A DNA stretch of 53,979 nt from Candidatus Binatia bacterium (GCA_035574035.1 DATLZL010000429.1:1-53979), one strand, 5' to 3'. Shown: positions 40,285 to 51,214, counted from the stretch's first letter. The notes: generated by a model from the sequence alone, not told the origin. Numbers and translations: made by a program.

Positions 40285-41302
40285 GCAGCGCCTCACCGAG
40301 CTGGCGCTCATCCGGGCCGTCCGCGCCCGAGCGTGGCCCGACGCCGGGGTGGCGATCGGCATCGGCGACGACGCCGCCGTGCTCGAGCCGACGCCGGGGC
40401 GCCGGCTGGTCCTCACCACCGACCTGCTGATCGAGGACATCCACTTCCGCCGCCGCTACACCGAGCCGGCCGACATCGGCTGGAAGGCGCTGGCCGTCAA
40501 CCTGTCCGACGTCGCGGCCATGGGCGCCGCCCCGCGCTGGTCGCTGGTGGCGCTGGCCTGTCCGCCGGGCACGACCATGGACGAGGTCGAGGCGTTCTAC
40601 GAGGGGCTGGCCGCCCTGGCCGCCGAGCACCACGTCGCCCTGGTAGGCGGCGACACCTCGGCCTCCCCCGGGGGCTGGATCGTCAACGTCACCGTCATCG
40701 GGGAGACCGACGGGATTCCGCTCACCCGTGCGGGCGCGCGCCCGGGCAACGTCATCGCGATCACCGGCGACGTCGGCCGCTCGGCGGCCGGTCACGCCGT
40801 GCTGGAGCGCCGCCGGGCTCCGACCGGCCTGCCGGCCGACGTCCTGGCCGCGGTGACGGACGCCCACCTGCGCCCACGCCCGCGCGTGCGGGAAGCCCGG
40901 TGGCTGGCCGCGGCCGGCGGCGTGACGGCTATGATCGACCTGTCCGACGGCCTCGCCACCGACCTGCGCCACCTGGCCCGGGAGAGCGGGGTGGGGGCCC
41001 GGGTCGACCTGGCCCGCCTGCCGGTCGCGCCGACGACCCGGCTGGTGGCCCGGGCGCTGGGTCGCGACCCGCTCGCCTGGGCCGCCGCTGGCGGCGAGGA
41101 CTACGAGCTGCTGCTCGCGTGCGAGCGGAGCGCGTTCGACCGCCTCCGCATCGGGCTGGCCGAGGCCACCGGGACGGATCTGACCGGGGTGGGGGAGGTC
41201 GTGGCCGGCGAGGGCGACGTGACGTTCGTCGGCGAGGACGGCCGCGCGGTGGAGGTCGCGGGCGGGTTCGAGCACTTCGTGACCGGAGCGCGCCGTGGCT
41301 GA
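40271..41302 (+). CDS. thiL: thiamine-monophosphate kinase
   Basis: LTELALIRAV...IGIGDDAAVL...LTTDLLIEDIHF...GWKALAVNLSDVAAMGA...VGGDTS is the ThiL / AIR-synthase-related signature. The gene overlaps the trpG 3' end by 14 nt. Confidence 0.88.
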   Translation: MTAGEQRLTELALIRAVRARAWPDAGVAIGIGDDAAVLEPTPGRRLVLTTDLLIEDIHFRRRYTEPADIGWKALAVNLSDVAAMGAAPRWSLVALACPPGTTMDEVEAFYEGLAALAAEHHVALVGGDTSASPGGWIVNVTVIGETDGIPLTRAGARPGNVIAITGDVGRSAAGHAVLERRRAPTGLPADVLAAVTDAHLRPRPRVREARWLAAAGGVTAMIDLSDGLATDLRHLARESGVGARVDLARLPVAPTTRLVARALGRDPLAWAAAGGEDYELLLACERSAFDRLRIGLAEATGTDLTGVGEVVAGEGDVTFVGEDGRAVEVAGGFEHFVTGARRG

Positions 41303-42572
41303 CGCCATCGGCATGACCCTGCTCGCCCTCCTGCTGCTGATCGCCCTGTCGGCCCTGCTCAACGGGGCGGAGGCCGCCTACTTCTCGCTGGGGCGCGCCC
41401 GCCTCAAGCGCCTGCGACAGGCGCAGCCCGAGACGCCCCGCGTCCCGCTCGTCGACCGCCCCCACGACCTGCTGGTGACACTGCTGGTCGCCATCACCGT
41501 CCTGAACATCGCCGCCTCGGCGATCGCCGCCACCGTCGCCGAGGCTCTGCTCGGGCCCCGCTGGGGCCCGGTCGTCGAGACCGCGGTGATGATCCTGGTC
41601 CTCACCACCCTGACCGAGGTCCTGCCGATGACCGTCGCCGTCCGCCGTCCGGAGCCGTTCCTCCGCGTGGTGGGACCGCTGGTGACGTGGCTGGGCCGAA
41701 TGCTGGCTCCGGTGCGCCTCGTACTGGGGAGCCTGACCGCCCTCATCGTCCGGCTCGTCGGCACCGGTCGGGCCGCCGGCGAGCCCGAGCTCACCGAGGA
41801 AGAGCTCCGGACCCTGGTCGACGTCGGGGCGAGCGAGGGCGTGGTCGAGCGCGAGGAGCGGGAGATGATCCACAAGGTCTTCGAGCTCGAAGACACGCTC
41901 GTCCGCTCGATCATGGTGCCGCGCACCGACATGTTCTGCCTCGACGTGGCGACGCCGGTCGACCGCATCCTGCCGGCGCTGCGCGAGAACCTCCACTCCC
42001 GGGTGCCGGTGTACGAGGGGTCGATCGACATCATCATCGGCATCCTCTACACCAAGGACCTGCTCCCGTACGTCGACGGCCTGCCCCCGGATTTCGACCT
42101 CCGCGCCCACCTGCACCCGCCCTACTTCGTCCCCGAGAGCAAGCGGGCTGACGTGCTGCTCCAGGAGCTCCAGGCCAAGAAGCTCCACCTGGCCATCGTG
42201 GTGGACGAGTACGGCGGGACCGCCGGCCTCGTCACCCTGGAGGACATCCTGGAGGAGCTGGTGGGGGAGATCGCCGACGAGTACGACGAGCCGGAGCGCC
42301 TCATCCAGCGCCTGGACGCCTCCACCTTCCGCGTGGCCGGCAAGCTCCCCATCGAGGAGCTGAACGCGGTCACCGGGCTGTCGATCGCCAACACGACCTA
42401 CGACACCGTCGGCGGCTGGGTCCTGGACCTGTTCGGCCGGGTGCCCCGGCGCGCCGAGCGGGCCTCCACCGCCGACTTCACGGTCACGGTGGAGAAGGTG
42501 GAGCGCACGCGGGTGGTCGAGGTCCTGGTCGTCGTGCACCGACCGCCGCAGGCCGGCCAGGAGGCCGCCTGA
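41295..42572 (+). CDS. CNNM/HlyC/CorC-family protein (DUF21 TM domain, CBS pair and CorC_HlyC domain)
   Basis: The N-terminal DUF21 reads LLALLLLIALSALLNGAEAAYFSL. A CBS pair follows. The C-terminus reads ...HLAIVVDEYGGTAGLVTLEDILEELVGEI.DEYD.... The start codon is GTG. Confidence 0.88.
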   Translation: MADAIGMTLLALLLLIALSALLNGAEAAYFSLGRARLKRLRQAQPETPRVPLVDRPHDLLVTLLVAITVLNIAASAIAATVAEALLGPRWGPVVETAVMILVLTTLTEVLPMTVAVRRPEPFLRVVGPLVTWLGRMLAPVRLVLGSLTALIVRLVGTGRAAGEPELTEEELRTLVDVGASEGVVEREEREMIHKVFELEDTLVRSIMVPRTDMFCLDVATPVDRILPALRENLHSRVPVYEGSIDIIIGILYTKDLLPYVDGLPPDFDLRAHLHPPYFVPESKRADVLLQELQAKKLHLAIVVDEYGGTAGLVTLEDILEELVGEIADEYDEPERLIQRLDASTFRVAGKLPIEELNAVTGLSIANTTYDTVGGWVLDLFGRVPRRAERASTADFTVTVEKVERTRVVEVLVVVHRPPQAGQEAA

Positions 42573-43840
42573 TGGTCGGGCTCCTGGTCCTGGCCGGCGC
42601 CTGCGTCCTGGCGACGATGTTCTTCTCGGCCGCCGAGATGGCCTTCATCGCCGCCAACCGGGTGCGGATCCGGCACCTGGCGGAGGAGGGCCATACGGTG
42701 GCCGCCCGCTACCTGGAGGCCTTCGCCCGCCCCGAGCGCATGCTCTCCACCGCCAAGGTCGGGGTGCCGATCATGCACATCATCGCCTCCTCGGCGGCGA
42801 CGTTCGCGCTGCTGCCCCTGCTCGGCCCCTACGCCGCCCTGGTGGTCACGCTGGCCCTGACGCCGCTCATGCTGGTCCTGGGCGAGATCCTCCCCAAGGC
42901 CGTGGCCCGCGAGTGGGCCACGCCGCTCATCCTCTGGCTCTACCGGCCGCTGACGTGGGCCTCGGTGGTGCTCGCCCCGGTCGTTGGGTTTTCTGGAGCC
43001 CTGGTGGCCGGCCTCCTGCGTCTCGTCGGCGCCCGGCAGGACGACAGTCGGCAGTTCGTCTCCCGGGAAGAGCTCAAGGTGCTCCTGTCACTGGAGCCCG
43101 GCGAGGCCGAGGTGACGACCCAGGAGGCGGAGATGATCGGCGCCATCTTCCGCCTGGGCGACACCACGGTGCGCGAGATCATGGTCCCGCTGGTGGAGGC
43201 GGTCATGCTGCCGGACACCGCCACGCCCCGGGACGCCATCGCGCTCGTCCGGGAACGGGGCTTCTCCCGCCTTCCCATCTACCGGCAGCGGGAGACGAAC
43301 GTGGTGGGCGTGGTGACGGCCATGGACCTGCTGCGCCGCGGTGCCGAGGCTCGGCGGCTGGACGAGCTGATGCGCCAGCCGTACTATGTCCCGGAAACCA
43401 AGCGGATCGACGATCTCCTGCGCGAGATGCAGCGGGCCCGCATCCACATGGCGGTCGTCGTCGACGAGTACGGGGGCGCGACCGGCATCGTGACGCTGGA
43501 GGACGTCGTCGAGGAGATCGTCGGCGAGATCCAGGACGAGCACGACCGGCCCCCGGCCTCGGTGGACCGCCTGCCCGATGGCTCCTACTGGGTCGCCGGC
43601 CGCACCGGCATCGACGAGCTGAACGAGGCCCTCGACTGGCGGCTCCCCAAGCGCGACTACGAGACGGTGGCCGGCCTGGTCCTGGCCACGCTGGGACGGA
43701 TCCCGCGCACGGGGGAGGAATTCCAGATCCCGGGCTACACGATCACCGTGCTCGAAGCCGACGCCCGTCACGTGGCGGCGGTGAAGATCGCACCGACGGC
43801 GCGGGGCGCTCCCGCCGCCGACGGCGGCGGTCCCTCGTGA
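42572..43840 (+). CDS. CNNM/HlyC/CorC-family protein, tandem paralogue
   Basis: The architecture is the same as the upstream gene ([20 protein letters not shown]...; [34 protein letters not shown]). The ATG overlaps the upstream TGA. Confidence 0.88.
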   Translation: MVGLLVLAGACVLATMFFSAAEMAFIAANRVRIRHLAEEGHTVAARYLEAFARPERMLSTAKVGVPIMHIIASSAATFALLPLLGPYAALVVTLALTPLMLVLGEILPKAVAREWATPLILWLYRPLTWASVVLAPVVGFSGALVAGLLRLVGARQDDSRQFVSREELKVLLSLEPGEAEVTTQEAEMIGAIFRLGDTTVREIMVPLVEAVMLPDTATPRDAIALVRERGFSRLPIYRQRETNVVGVVTAMDLLRRGAEARRLDELMRQPYYVPETKRIDDLLREMQRARIHMAVVVDEYGGATGIVTLEDVVEEIVGEIQDEHDRPPASVDRLPDGSYWVAGRTGIDELNEALDWRLPKRDYETVAGLVLATLGRIPRTGEEFQIPGYTITVLEADARHVAAVKIAPTARGAPAADGGGPS

Positions 43841-43867
43841 TCCTCGATTCTCAGGGAGGAGACGCGC

Positions 43868-44542
43868 ATGGCTGGAAGGATGGTGCAGTTCCCGGCGAAC
43901 GGCGGCACGACCTCGGGCTACCTGGCCACCCCGGCCGCCGGGAAGGGACCGGGCGTGCTGGTGATCCAGGAGTGGTGGGGGCTGGTCGGCCACATCAAGA
44001 ACGTCTGCGACCGCTTCGCGGCCGAGGGCTTCACCGCCCTGGCGCCCGATCTCTATCACGGGCAAACGGCCAGTGAGCCGGATACGGCCGGCAAGCTGTT
44101 CATGGCCCTGAACATCGCCCAGGCCGAGAAGGACCTGCGGGGCGCCGTCGATTTCCTGGCCCAGCAGGCCACCAGCCAGAAGGTGGGCGTGGTCGGCTTC
44201 TGCATGGGCGGACAGCTCGCGCTGTTCGCCGCCACCCTGAATCCCAAGGTCGGGGCCGTGGTCGACTTCTACGGCGTCCACCCCAACGTCAAGCCGGACT
44301 ACTCGCGGCTGCACGGGCCGGTGCTGGGGCTGTTCGCGGCCAAGGACCAGTTCGTGACGCCGGACAACGCGCGCGAGCTGGAGGCGGCGATCAAGCGGGC
44401 GGGCAAGAGCTGCGAGATCCACATCTACCCGGACGCGGACCATGCCTTCTTCAACGACGAGCGGCCGGACGTGTACAACCGGGCGGCGGCCGAGGACGCG
44501 TGGCGGCGGACGCTGGCGTTCCTCCGCCAGCACGTGAAGTAG
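43868..44542 (+). CDS. dienelactone hydrolase family protein
   Basis: GVLVIQEWWGL...VGVVGFCMGG (nucleophile Cys elbow)...YPDADHAFFN is a DLH-fold signature. Confidence 0.85.
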   Translation: MAGRMVQFPANGGTTSGYLATPAAGKGPGVLVIQEWWGLVGHIKNVCDRFAAEGFTALAPDLYHGQTASEPDTAGKLFMALNIAQAEKDLRGAVDFLAQQATSQKVGVVGFCMGGQLALFAATLNPKVGAVVDFYGVHPNVKPDYSRLHGPVLGLFAAKDQFVTPDNARELEAAIKRAGKSCEIHIYPDADHAFFNDERPDVYNRAAAEDAWRRTLAFLRQHVK

Positions 44543-44562
44543 GGGCGGCGGGCCGCCGCCCC
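44542..44562. terminator. short GC hairpin between convergent genes (possible bidirectional terminator)
   Basis: GGGGCGGCGG-g-CCGCCGCCCC lies in the 22-nt gap between the DLH stop and the rplQ stop. Confidence 0.4.
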
Positions 44563-44564
44563 GC

Positions 44565-45020
44565 TCAGGCGCCGGCGGCGGCCTTCTTCTCCTTGCCGCG
44601 GCGGCCCCGGGCCTCCTTCTTCCGGCCCTTCTCACCCTTGCCGCCCTTGCCGTCCGCAGCCGCCGGCCGGTCCACCAGCTCCAGGTAGACGAGCGGGGCG
44701 GCGTCGCCCCGGCGGACGCCGGCGTGGATGATCCGGGTGTAGCCACCCGGACGGTCGGCGAAGCGGGCCGCGATCTGGTCGAAGAGCCGGGCCACCACCT
44801 CGCGGTCGGGCACCATGGCCAGCACCTGACGGCGGGCGTGCAAGCTCTCACGCTTGGCCAGCGTGATCATCCGGTCGGCCAGCCCGCGGACGGCCTTGGC
44901 CTTGGCCTCGGTGGTGCTCACCCGCTCGTGGCGAAACAGCGACACCAGGAGGTTGCGCAGCATCGCGGTGCGGTGCTCGCTGTCGCGGCCCAGCCGGTAG
45001 CGGTGGTTGCGATGCCTCAT
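44565..45020 (-). CDS. rplQ: 50S ribosomal protein L17 with Lys/Gly/Ala-rich C-terminal extension
   Basis: MRHRNHRYRLGRDSEHRTAMLRNLLVSLFRHERVSTTEAKAK is a canonical L17 N-terminus. The last ~35 aa are KGGKGEKGRKKEARGRRGKEKK-like. Confidence 0.95.
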   Translation of the reverse strand: MRHRNHRYRLGRDSEHRTAMLRNLLVSLFRHERVSTTEAKAKAVRGLADRMITLAKRESLHARRQVLAMVPDREVVARLFDQIAARFADRPGGYTRIIHAGVRRGDAAPLVYLELVDRPAAADGKGGKGEKGRKKEARGRRGKEKKAAAGA

Positions 45021-45994
45021 CGGGCGGCTCCTCCTCGCCCCAGTGCGCCCAGCACGTTGGGATCGATCCGCATGCCGAGCGACAGGCCCAGTCCCGCCAG
45101 CGCGCTCTTGATGTCGTCGATGGACTTCTCGCCGAGGTTTTTCACCTGCTCCAGGTCGGCCTCCGTCTTCTGAGCGAGGTCGGCCACTAGGTGGATCTCC
45201 GCGTTCTTGAGCGCGTTGAGGGCGCGGGCCGGAAGCGCGATGTCCTCGAGCGGCCTGGCCAGCACCTCGCGGAGGTACTCCTCCCCGGTGGGGCCCTCAG
45301 CGGCCGCCTCCTCGTCTGGTGCCCCGGCCGTGAGTGGACTGAAGTGGGCCTTGAGGAAGGCCGCCGAGCGCTCCAGCGCGTCGTCGGGGCCGATGGCGCC
45401 GTTGGTCCAGATCTCCAGGATCAGCTTCTCGTAGTCCGTGATCTTGCCCAGACGCGACATCTCGACGTTGTAGGCGACGCGGGTGATCGGCGAGTAGGCG
45501 ACATCGAGCGGGATGGCACCGGCCGGGGCCTCGACGACGTCGGCCGAGACGTAGCCGCGGCCGACGCCGATGCCGAGCTCGACGGTCAGCCGGGCGCCGG
45601 CCTCCAGCGTGAGGAGGTGGGCTTCCGGGTTGAGCACCTCCAGATCGGTCTCGGGGACGTCTTCGCCGGTGACCGTGCGGGGGCCGACCAGCTCGAGCCG
45701 TACCGTGCGCGGCTCCCCGGCCGGCACCTGGATCGCCAGCTTCTTGAGGTTCAGCAGGACGTCGGCCGTGCTCTCGTGAACCCCCGGGATGCGGTCATCC
45801 ACGGTCCTGACGCCGTCGATCCGCACCCACGCTACGGCAGCCCCGGGAATGATGGAGAGCAGGGTCCGCCGCATCGCGTTGCCCACCGTGAGCGCGTAGC
45901 CCTTCTCGAACGGCTCGGCCACCAGGCGGCCGTAGCGCTCGGTCAAGATCTCCCATTCGACCTTGCGCGGCTTCTGGAATGGAATGCGTGGCAT
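45017..45994 (-). CDS. rpoA: DNA-directed RNA polymerase subunit alpha
   Basis: GYALTVGNAMRRTLLS.IPGAAV... is the N-terminal domain and ...LPARALNALKNAEIHLVADL... is the C-terminal HhH domain. Confidence 0.96.
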   Translation of the reverse strand: MPRIPFQKPRKVEWEILTERYGRLVAEPFEKGYALTVGNAMRRTLLSIIPGAAVAWVRIDGVRTVDDRIPGVHESTADVLLNLKKLAIQVPAGEPRTVRLELVGPRTVTGEDVPETDLEVLNPEAHLLTLEAGARLTVELGIGVGRGYVSADVVEAPAGAIPLDVAYSPITRVAYNVEMSRLGKITDYEKLILEIWTNGAIGPDDALERSAAFLKAHFSPLTAGAPDEEAAAEGPTGEEYLREVLARPLEDIALPARALNALKNAEIHLVADLAQKTEADLEQVKNLGEKSIDDIKSALAGLGLSLGMRIDPNVLGALGRGGAAR

Positions 45995-46012
45995 GGTCCC
46001 TCTGACTCGCGG

Positions 46013-46636
46013 CTACTTGCTGTACAGCTCGACGATGAGCTGCTCGGACACGGGAATCTGGATGTCCTCCCGCAAAGGCACCGCGCGGACGGTACCCCGC
46101 CGGGCGGCCGGGTCGAGCTCGAGCCACGGCGGCACCGCGCCCCGACCCGCGTTGAGGTTGTCATCGACCCGGGCCGCCTGGCGGCTGCCGGCGCGGAGCG
46201 AGACCACGTCGCCGACCTTGACCAGGTACGAAGGGATCGAGACCTTGCGGCCGTTGACCTGGAAGTGCCCGTGGGCCACCATCTGCCGCGCCTCCCGCCT
46301 CGAGGCGGCGAAGCCCAGGCGGTGGACGACATTGTCCAGGCGCAGCTCCAACAGGCGCAGGAGGTTCTCGCCGGTCACGCCCTTCTCCCGCTCGGCCATC
46401 TGGAAGTAGCGGCGAAACTGCTTTTCCAGCACCCCGTAGATCCGCTTGGCCTTCTGCTTCTCGCGCAACTGGATCCCGAACGGCGTGAGCTTGCCGCGGT
46501 TGAGGCCGTGCTGCCCGGGCGGGTAGTTGCGGCGCTCGATGGCGCACTTGTCGGTGAAGCAGCGCGCCCCCTTGAGAAAGAGCTTCATGCCCTCGCGGCG
46601 GCAAAGCCGGCACTTGGCGTCGGCGTAGCGAGCCAT
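46013..46636 (-). CDS. rpsD: 30S ribosomal protein S4
   Basis: [25 protein letters not shown]...YG.QLREKQK is canonical S4. Confidence 0.96.
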   Translation of the reverse strand: MARYADAKCRLCRREGMKLFLKGARCFTDKCAIERRNYPPGQHGLNRGKLTPFGIQLREKQKAKRIYGVLEKQFRRYFQMAEREKGVTGENLLRLLELRLDNVVHRLGFAASRREARQMVAHGHFQVNGRKVSIPSYLVKVGDVVSLRAGSRQAARVDDNLNAGRGAVPPWLELDPAARRGTVRAVPLREDIQIPVSEQLIVELYSK

Positions 46637-46645
46637 GGTGGACCT

Positions 46646-47056
46646 CTACACCCGTCGCCGCTTCGGCGGCCGACAGCCGTCGTGCGGGATGGGGGTGACG
46701 TCCTTGATGGACGTGATCTCGAGCCCGACCGCCTGCAGCGAGCGGATGGCCGCCTCGCGCCCGGCGCCGGGCCCCTTGACGTTGACCTCCACCGACTTGA
46801 GCCCGTACTCCATCGCCTTGCGGGCGGCGGCCTCGGCCGCCGTCTGGGCGGCGAACGGCGTGCTCTTGCGCGAGCCCTTGAACCCCGCGCTCCCGGCACT
46901 GGACCAGGCCACTACGTTACCCGACTTGTCGGTGATGGTCACGATTGTGTTGTTGAAGGTGGCCTGGACGTGGGCGATTCCGGTGCGGACCTCGCGCCGC
47001 TCCCGCCGCTTGCCGCCCTTCTTGCGCGGCGCCGGCTTGCCGGTCTGATCCGCCAT
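46646..47056 (-). CDS. rpsK: 30S ribosomal protein S11
   Basis: [44 protein letters not shown] is canonical S11. Confidence 0.96.
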   Translation of the reverse strand: MADQTGKPAPRKKGGKRRERREVRTGIAHVQATFNNTIVTITDKSGNVVAWSSAGSAGFKGSRKSTPFAAQTAAEAAARKAMEYGLKSVEVNVKGPGAGREAAIRSLQAVGLEITSIKDVTPIPHDGCRPPKRRRV

Positions 47057-47059
47057 GGG

Positions 47060-47476
47060 TTAGGCTCCCGCCTTCCGGGCCGCCGCCGGGGCCGGCGCGG
47101 CCGCGGCGGGCTTCTTCTTGATCATGACGCCCTTGCGCGGCCCCTTGCGCGTGCGGGCGTTGGTGTGCGTGCGCTGGCCGCGGACGGGCAGGCCCCGGCG
47201 GTGACGCATGCCGCGGTAGCAGCCGATGTCCATCAGCCGCTTGACGTTCATCGAGACCTCGCGCCGCAAATCGCCCTCGACCTTCAGGTCCCGCTCGATG
47301 ATCTCCCGCACCCGGCCGGTCTCCTCCTCCGTCCACGTCTGGACCCGCTTGTTGGGGTCGACGCGGGCCTGGGCCAGGACGCGCAGCGCCGTCGGCCGGC
47401 CGATGCCGTAGATGTACGTCAGGGCGATCTCGCCCCGCTTCTCCCGCGGCAGATCCACTCCCGCGATTCTCGCCAT
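47060..47476 (-). CDS. rpsM: 30S ribosomal protein S13
   Basis: [25 protein letters not shown]... is canonical S13. There is an Ala/Pro-rich C-terminal tail. Confidence 0.96.
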   Translation of the reverse strand: MARIAGVDLPREKRGEIALTYIYGIGRPTALRVLAQARVDPNKRVQTWTEEETGRVREIIERDLKVEGDLRREVSMNVKRLMDIGCYRGMRHRRGLPVRGQRTHTNARTRKGPRKGVMIKKKPAAAAPAPAAARKAGA

Positions 47477-47543
47477 GTCCTACCTCTTTCCTCGCGCGCC
47501 GGCTCCGCCGGCGCCCTCTGTTCCGAGCGCGAGCCGCTCCCCT

Positions 47544-47657
47544 CTAGCCTTGCCGCTGCTTGTGCCGCGGGTTCTTGCAGATGATCCGCGTCACGCCGTG
47601 TCGCTTCACGATCTTGCAGTGCTCGCAGCGTGCCTTGATCGACGGTCTCACCTTCAT
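47544..47657 (-). CDS. rpmJ: 50S ribosomal protein L36 (zinc-binding form)
   Basis: The last 37 codons of track ORF 47544..48365 encode [37 protein letters not shown]. Confidence 0.93.
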   Translation of the reverse strand: MKVRPSIKARCEHCKIVKRHGVTRIICKNPRHKQRQG

Positions 47658-47680
47658 CGCTGTCCTCGGCCGGTCTGGAG

Positions 47681-47899
47681 CTACTTGAACCGGTACGTGA
47701 TCCGGCCCCGGGTCAGGTCGTACGGGGACAGCTCCACCTTGACCCGGTCGCCGGGCAGGATGCGGATGAAGTTCATGCGCATCTTCCCGCTGACGTGGGC
47801 CAGCACGCGATGGCCGTTGTCGAGCTCCACGCGGAACATCGCGTTGGGCAGCGGCTCCACCACGGTCCCTTCGACCTCGATCGCATCTTCCTTCGTCAT
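47681..47899 (-). CDS. infA: translation initiation factor IF-1
   Basis: [72 protein letters not shown] is a textbook IF-1 of 72 aa. I chose an internal start over the track start. Confidence 0.95.
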   Translation of the reverse strand: MTKEDAIEVEGTVVEPLPNAMFRVELDNGHRVLAHVSGKMRMNFIRILPGDRVKVELSPYDLTRGRITYRFK

Positions 47900-47953
47900 C
47901 TCTGGCGCTCGTTCTGTTCCCGCTCGCCTCGGCACCGCCCGGCGGCAACGCCC

Positions 47954-48775
47954 CTATTTCGAGCGCGGGCTCCGCCCGCGCAACCCCCTCTCGGGGGAGG
48001 CCTCGGAGGGGGCCGTCGAGGCCCCCTCCGAACGAGTGAGCACGTCCGGACCGTCCTCCGTCACCGCCACGGTGTGCTCGAAGTGCGCGGCCAGGCTGCC
48101 GTCCTCGGTGACCGCCGTCCAGCCATCGTCCAGGATCCGGACCCCGGGGCCGCCCATCGTGACCATCGGCTCGATCGCCAGTACCATGCCCGGGCGCAGC
48201 ACCGGCCCCCGGCCGGGCTCGCCGAAGTTCGGGACCTGCGGATCCTCGTGGAGGGCGCGGCCGATGCCGTGGCCGACGAAGGCCCGGACCACCGAGAAGC
48301 CGTGCGCCTCCACGTGCCGCTGCACGGCGTGCGACACGTCGCCCAGGCGGCGTCCCGGCCGGCACTCGGCGATGGCCCGCTCCAGGCTCTCACGCGTGGC
48401 GTCCAGCAGGGCCTGCACGGGCGGCGGGACCTCGCCGATGGCGACCGTGAAGGCGCAATCGGCGTAGTACCCATCCACAATACACCCGAGGTCCAGACCG
48501 ACGATGTCCCCCTCCTTCAGCCGCCGGTGCGCGGACGGGATCCCGTGGACCACCTCCTCGTTGATCGACACGCACACCGAGGCCGGGAACCCCCGATAGC
48601 CCTTGAATGCGGGTCGGGCACCCCGCCGGGTGATGAACGTCTCCACCTCCTCGTCGATCTCCAGCGTCGACATGCCGACCCTGACCAGGCCCCGCAGCCG
48701 CTCCACCAGGTCGGCCAGGATACGGCCGCCCCGGCGCATCAGCTCGATCTCCCGCGGCGACTTGAGCACGATCAT
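47954..48775 (-). CDS. map: type I methionine aminopeptidase
   Basis: An internal ATG at 48775 overlaps the adk stop. [17 protein letters not shown]...[22 protein letters not shown]...GDIVGLDLG...DCAFT...VGHGIG..LHE...EPM...HFEHTV are the metal-ligand motifs. Confidence 0.93.
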   Translation of the reverse strand: MIVLKSPREIELMRRGGRILADLVERLRGLVRVGMSTLEIDEEVETFITRRGARPAFKGYRGFPASVCVSINEEVVHGIPSAHRRLKEGDIVGLDLGCIVDGYYADCAFTVAIGEVPPPVQALLDATRESLERAIAECRPGRRLGDVSHAVQRHVEAHGFSVVRAFVGHGIGRALHEDPQVPNFGEPGRGPVLRPGMVLAIEPMVTMGGPGVRILDDGWTAVTEDGSLAAHFEHTVAVTEDGPDVLTRSEGASTAPSEASPERGLRGRSPRSK

Positions 48776-49416
48776 CGCCCGACCGCCTGGCGGATCGCGC
48801 GGCGGACCGCCTCGACGGAACCGGCCCCTCCCACCGTCGCCAGCAGCCCGCGGCGGCGGTAGTGGTCGAGCAGCGGCGCCGTCTGCTCGGCATAGACCTT
48901 CAGCCGGGTGCGGACCGTGTCCTCGCGATCGTCGGGACGCTGCACCAGCTCGGCCCCGCACCGGTCGCAGGCTCCGGGTGTCCGCGGCGGGTGCGTGGTG
49001 AGGTGGTACGTCGCCTGACAGGCCGGGCACGCCCGACGCCCCGTGAGCCGGCGCAGGAGCTCGGCTTCGGGCACGTCGAAGAAGACGACACGGTCCAGCG
49101 CCTCGCCGCGGTCGGCCAGCAGGCGGTCCAGGGCCTCCGCCTGGGGAATCGTCCGCGGGAAACCGTCGAGGATGAAGCCGCGCTTGGCGTCGGATTGAGC
49201 CAGGCGTTCGGCGATCAGCCCGATCATCACGTCATCGGGGACCAGCGCACCGCGCTCCATGAACGACCGCGCCTGCCGGCCCAGGGCGGTACCGGCCGCG
49301 GCCGCCTCGCGCAGCATGTCGCCGGTCGCGATCTGGGGCACCGACCACTCGCGCGCCAGCTCCCGGGCCTGGGTGCCCTTGCCGGCGCCCGGTGGCCCCA
49401 GAAAGACGAGGCGCAC
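48772..49416 (-). CDS. adk: adenylate kinase (zinc-lid form)
   Basis: MRLVFLGPPGAGKGTQA is the P-loop. The lid carries CPACQ...CDRCG. Confidence 0.95.
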   Translation of the reverse strand: MRLVFLGPPGAGKGTQARELAREWSVPQIATGDMLREAAAAGTALGRQARSFMERGALVPDDVMIGLIAERLAQSDAKRGFILDGFPRTIPQAEALDRLLADRGEALDRVVFFDVPEAELLRRLTGRRACPACQATYHLTTHPPRTPGACDRCGAELVQRPDDREDTVRTRLKVYAEQTAPLLDHYRRRGLLATVGGAGSVEAVRRAIRQAVGR

Positions 49417-49421
49417 GGCGA

Positions 49422-50750
49422 TCAGCTCCGCCCGAACACGCTCGAGCGGGAGCGCGAGCGCTTGAGAAAGCCCTCGTAGTTGCGCATGAGCAGGTGCGAC
49501 TCCATCTGTCGCACGGTATCGAGCGCCACGCCGACCACGATGAGCAGGCTGGTGCCACCGAAGTAGAAGGGGACATTGAACCAGCGGATCAGGTAGTCGG
49601 GCAGCACCGAGATGACGGCCAGGAACAGGGCCCCGGGCAGCGTGATCCGGGTCAGCACGTGGTCGATGTACTCGGCCGTCTTCTTACCGGGCCGGACCCC
49701 GGGGATGAAACCGCCGTACTTCTTCATGTTGTCGGCGAGGTCGATGGGGTTGAAGACGATGGCGGTGTAGAAGTAGGCGAAGAAGACGATCAACCCCATG
49801 TAGAGCAGCGTGTAGGTGAACCGACCGGGGCTCAGCGCGTCGCTGATCGCCTGCATCCAGGGATGCGGCACGAACCGGGTCAGCGTGGCCGGAAAGAGGA
49901 TCAGCGAGGAGGCGAAGATCACCGGGATCACCCCGGCGGTGTTGATCCGCAGCGGGATGTGGGTGGACTGCCCGCCGTAGACCCGGCGCCCGACCACCCG
50001 GCGCGCGTACTGGACCGGGATCTTGCGCTGCCCCTCCTGCATCAGCACCACCGCGGCGGTGACGGCCAGCATCAGGGCGCAGAGGGCCAGGAACACGAAG
50101 AGCTTCATCTCGCCGGTCGTGATCAGCGTGTACGAGGCGGTGATCGCCGAGGGCAGCCGGACGACGATCCCGGCGAAGATGATCAGCGAGATCCCGTTGC
50201 CGATGCCCTTCTCCGAGATCTGCTCGCCGATCCACATGAGGAGGGCGGTGCCGGCGGTGAGCGTGATCACCACCAGCAGCCGGAAGCCCCACCCCGGCGT
50301 GGGCACGATCGACACCCCGCCCGGGCTGCGCATGCCTTCCAGCCCCACCGCGATGCCGAGCGCCTGCACCGCCGACAGCACGATGGTGCCGTAGCGGGTG
50401 TACTGCGTGATCTTCTTCCGCCCGGCCTCGCCCTCCTTGGCCAGCCGCTCCAGCGCCGGGATGACCACGGTGAGCAGCTGCAGGATGATCGAGGCGGAGA
50501 TATAGGGCATGATCCCGAGCGCGAAGATCGACAGGCGCCGGAGATTGCCGCCCGAAAAGAGGTCCACCATGCCGAGCAAGGTGCCCTGCACCTGGTCGAA
50601 GAACTGGGCCAGCGCGTGCCCGTCGATGCCGGGCGTGGGGACGTGGGCGCCCAGCCGGTAGGCGATCAGCATGGCGGCCGTGAACAGCAGCCGGCGCTTG
50701 AGCTCGGGGACCCTGAAGACGTTGCGGAACGACTGCAGCCCTTCGATCAC
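49422..50750 (-). CDS. secY: preprotein translocase subunit SecY
   Basis: The protein has 10 TM segments. ...LFALGIMPYISASIILQLL... and ...GGFIPGVRPGK.T..YI are SecY signatures. Confidence 0.96.
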   Translation of the reverse strand: MIEGLQSFRNVFRVPELKRRLLFTAAMLIAYRLGAHVPTPGIDGHALAQFFDQVQGTLLGMVDLFSGGNLRRLSIFALGIMPYISASIILQLLTVVIPALERLAKEGEAGRKKITQYTRYGTIVLSAVQALGIAVGLEGMRSPGGVSIVPTPGWGFRLLVVITLTAGTALLMWIGEQISEKGIGNGISLIIFAGIVVRLPSAITASYTLITTGEMKLFVFLALCALMLAVTAAVVLMQEGQRKIPVQYARRVVGRRVYGGQSTHIPLRINTAGVIPVIFASSLILFPATLTRFVPHPWMQAISDALSPGRFTYTLLYMGLIVFFAYFYTAIVFNPIDLADNMKKYGGFIPGVRPGKKTAEYIDHVLTRITLPGALFLAVISVLPDYLIRWFNVPFYFGGTSLLIVVGVALDTVRQMESHLLMRNYEGFLKRSRSRSSVFGRS

Positions 50751-51214
50751 GAGGCCGCCGTCCCGCTTCCGATCAGCTCGATCCGCCCGCCGCCGGCCTC
50801 GATCTTCTGCCGGGCCGAGCCGCTGACCGCATGGACGCGCACGGTGAGCGCCTGCTCGAGCGTGCCTTCCCCCAGCACCTTGACCGCGTGGCGATCACCA
50901 CCCTTGATGAGCCCGGCCTCGACCAGCCGGTCGGGGTCCACCACCGTGCCGGCCGGGAAGCGGCCCAGGTCCTTCACGTTGACCACGGCGTACTCACGCT
51001 TGCCGCCCGGGGGCAGGAACCCGCGCTTGGGCAGCCGCCGGTAGAGCGGCATCTGGCCCCCCTCGAACCCGCCGCCCTTGCCGCCGCCCGAGCGGGCCTT
51101 GTGGCCCTTGTGGCCCTTGCCGGCCGTCTTGCCGTGGCCGGAGGCCGGGCCCCGCCCGACCCGCTTGCGGCGCTTGCGAGCGCCGGCCGCCGGTCGCAGG
51201 TCCTCAAGCCTCAT
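50747..51214 (-). CDS. rplO: 50S ribosomal protein L15
   Basis: [37 protein letters not shown]...[15 protein letters not shown] is canonical L15. Confidence 0.95.
   Translation of the reverse strand: MRLEDLRPAAGARKRRKRVGRGPASGHGKTAGKGHKGHKARSGGGKGGGFEGGQMPLYRRLPKRGFLPPGGKREYAVVNVKDLGRFPAGTVVDPDRLVEAGLIKGGDRHAVKVLGEGTLEQALTVRVHAVSGSARQKIEAGGGRIELIGSGTAAS

Noticed and set aside
45191-47584. A 797-aa ORF on the plus strand
   Set aside because: It is antisense to rpoA, rpsD, rpsK and rpsM, all of which have textbook translations. Its composition is Arg/Leu/Gly/Asp-rich and low in complexity.
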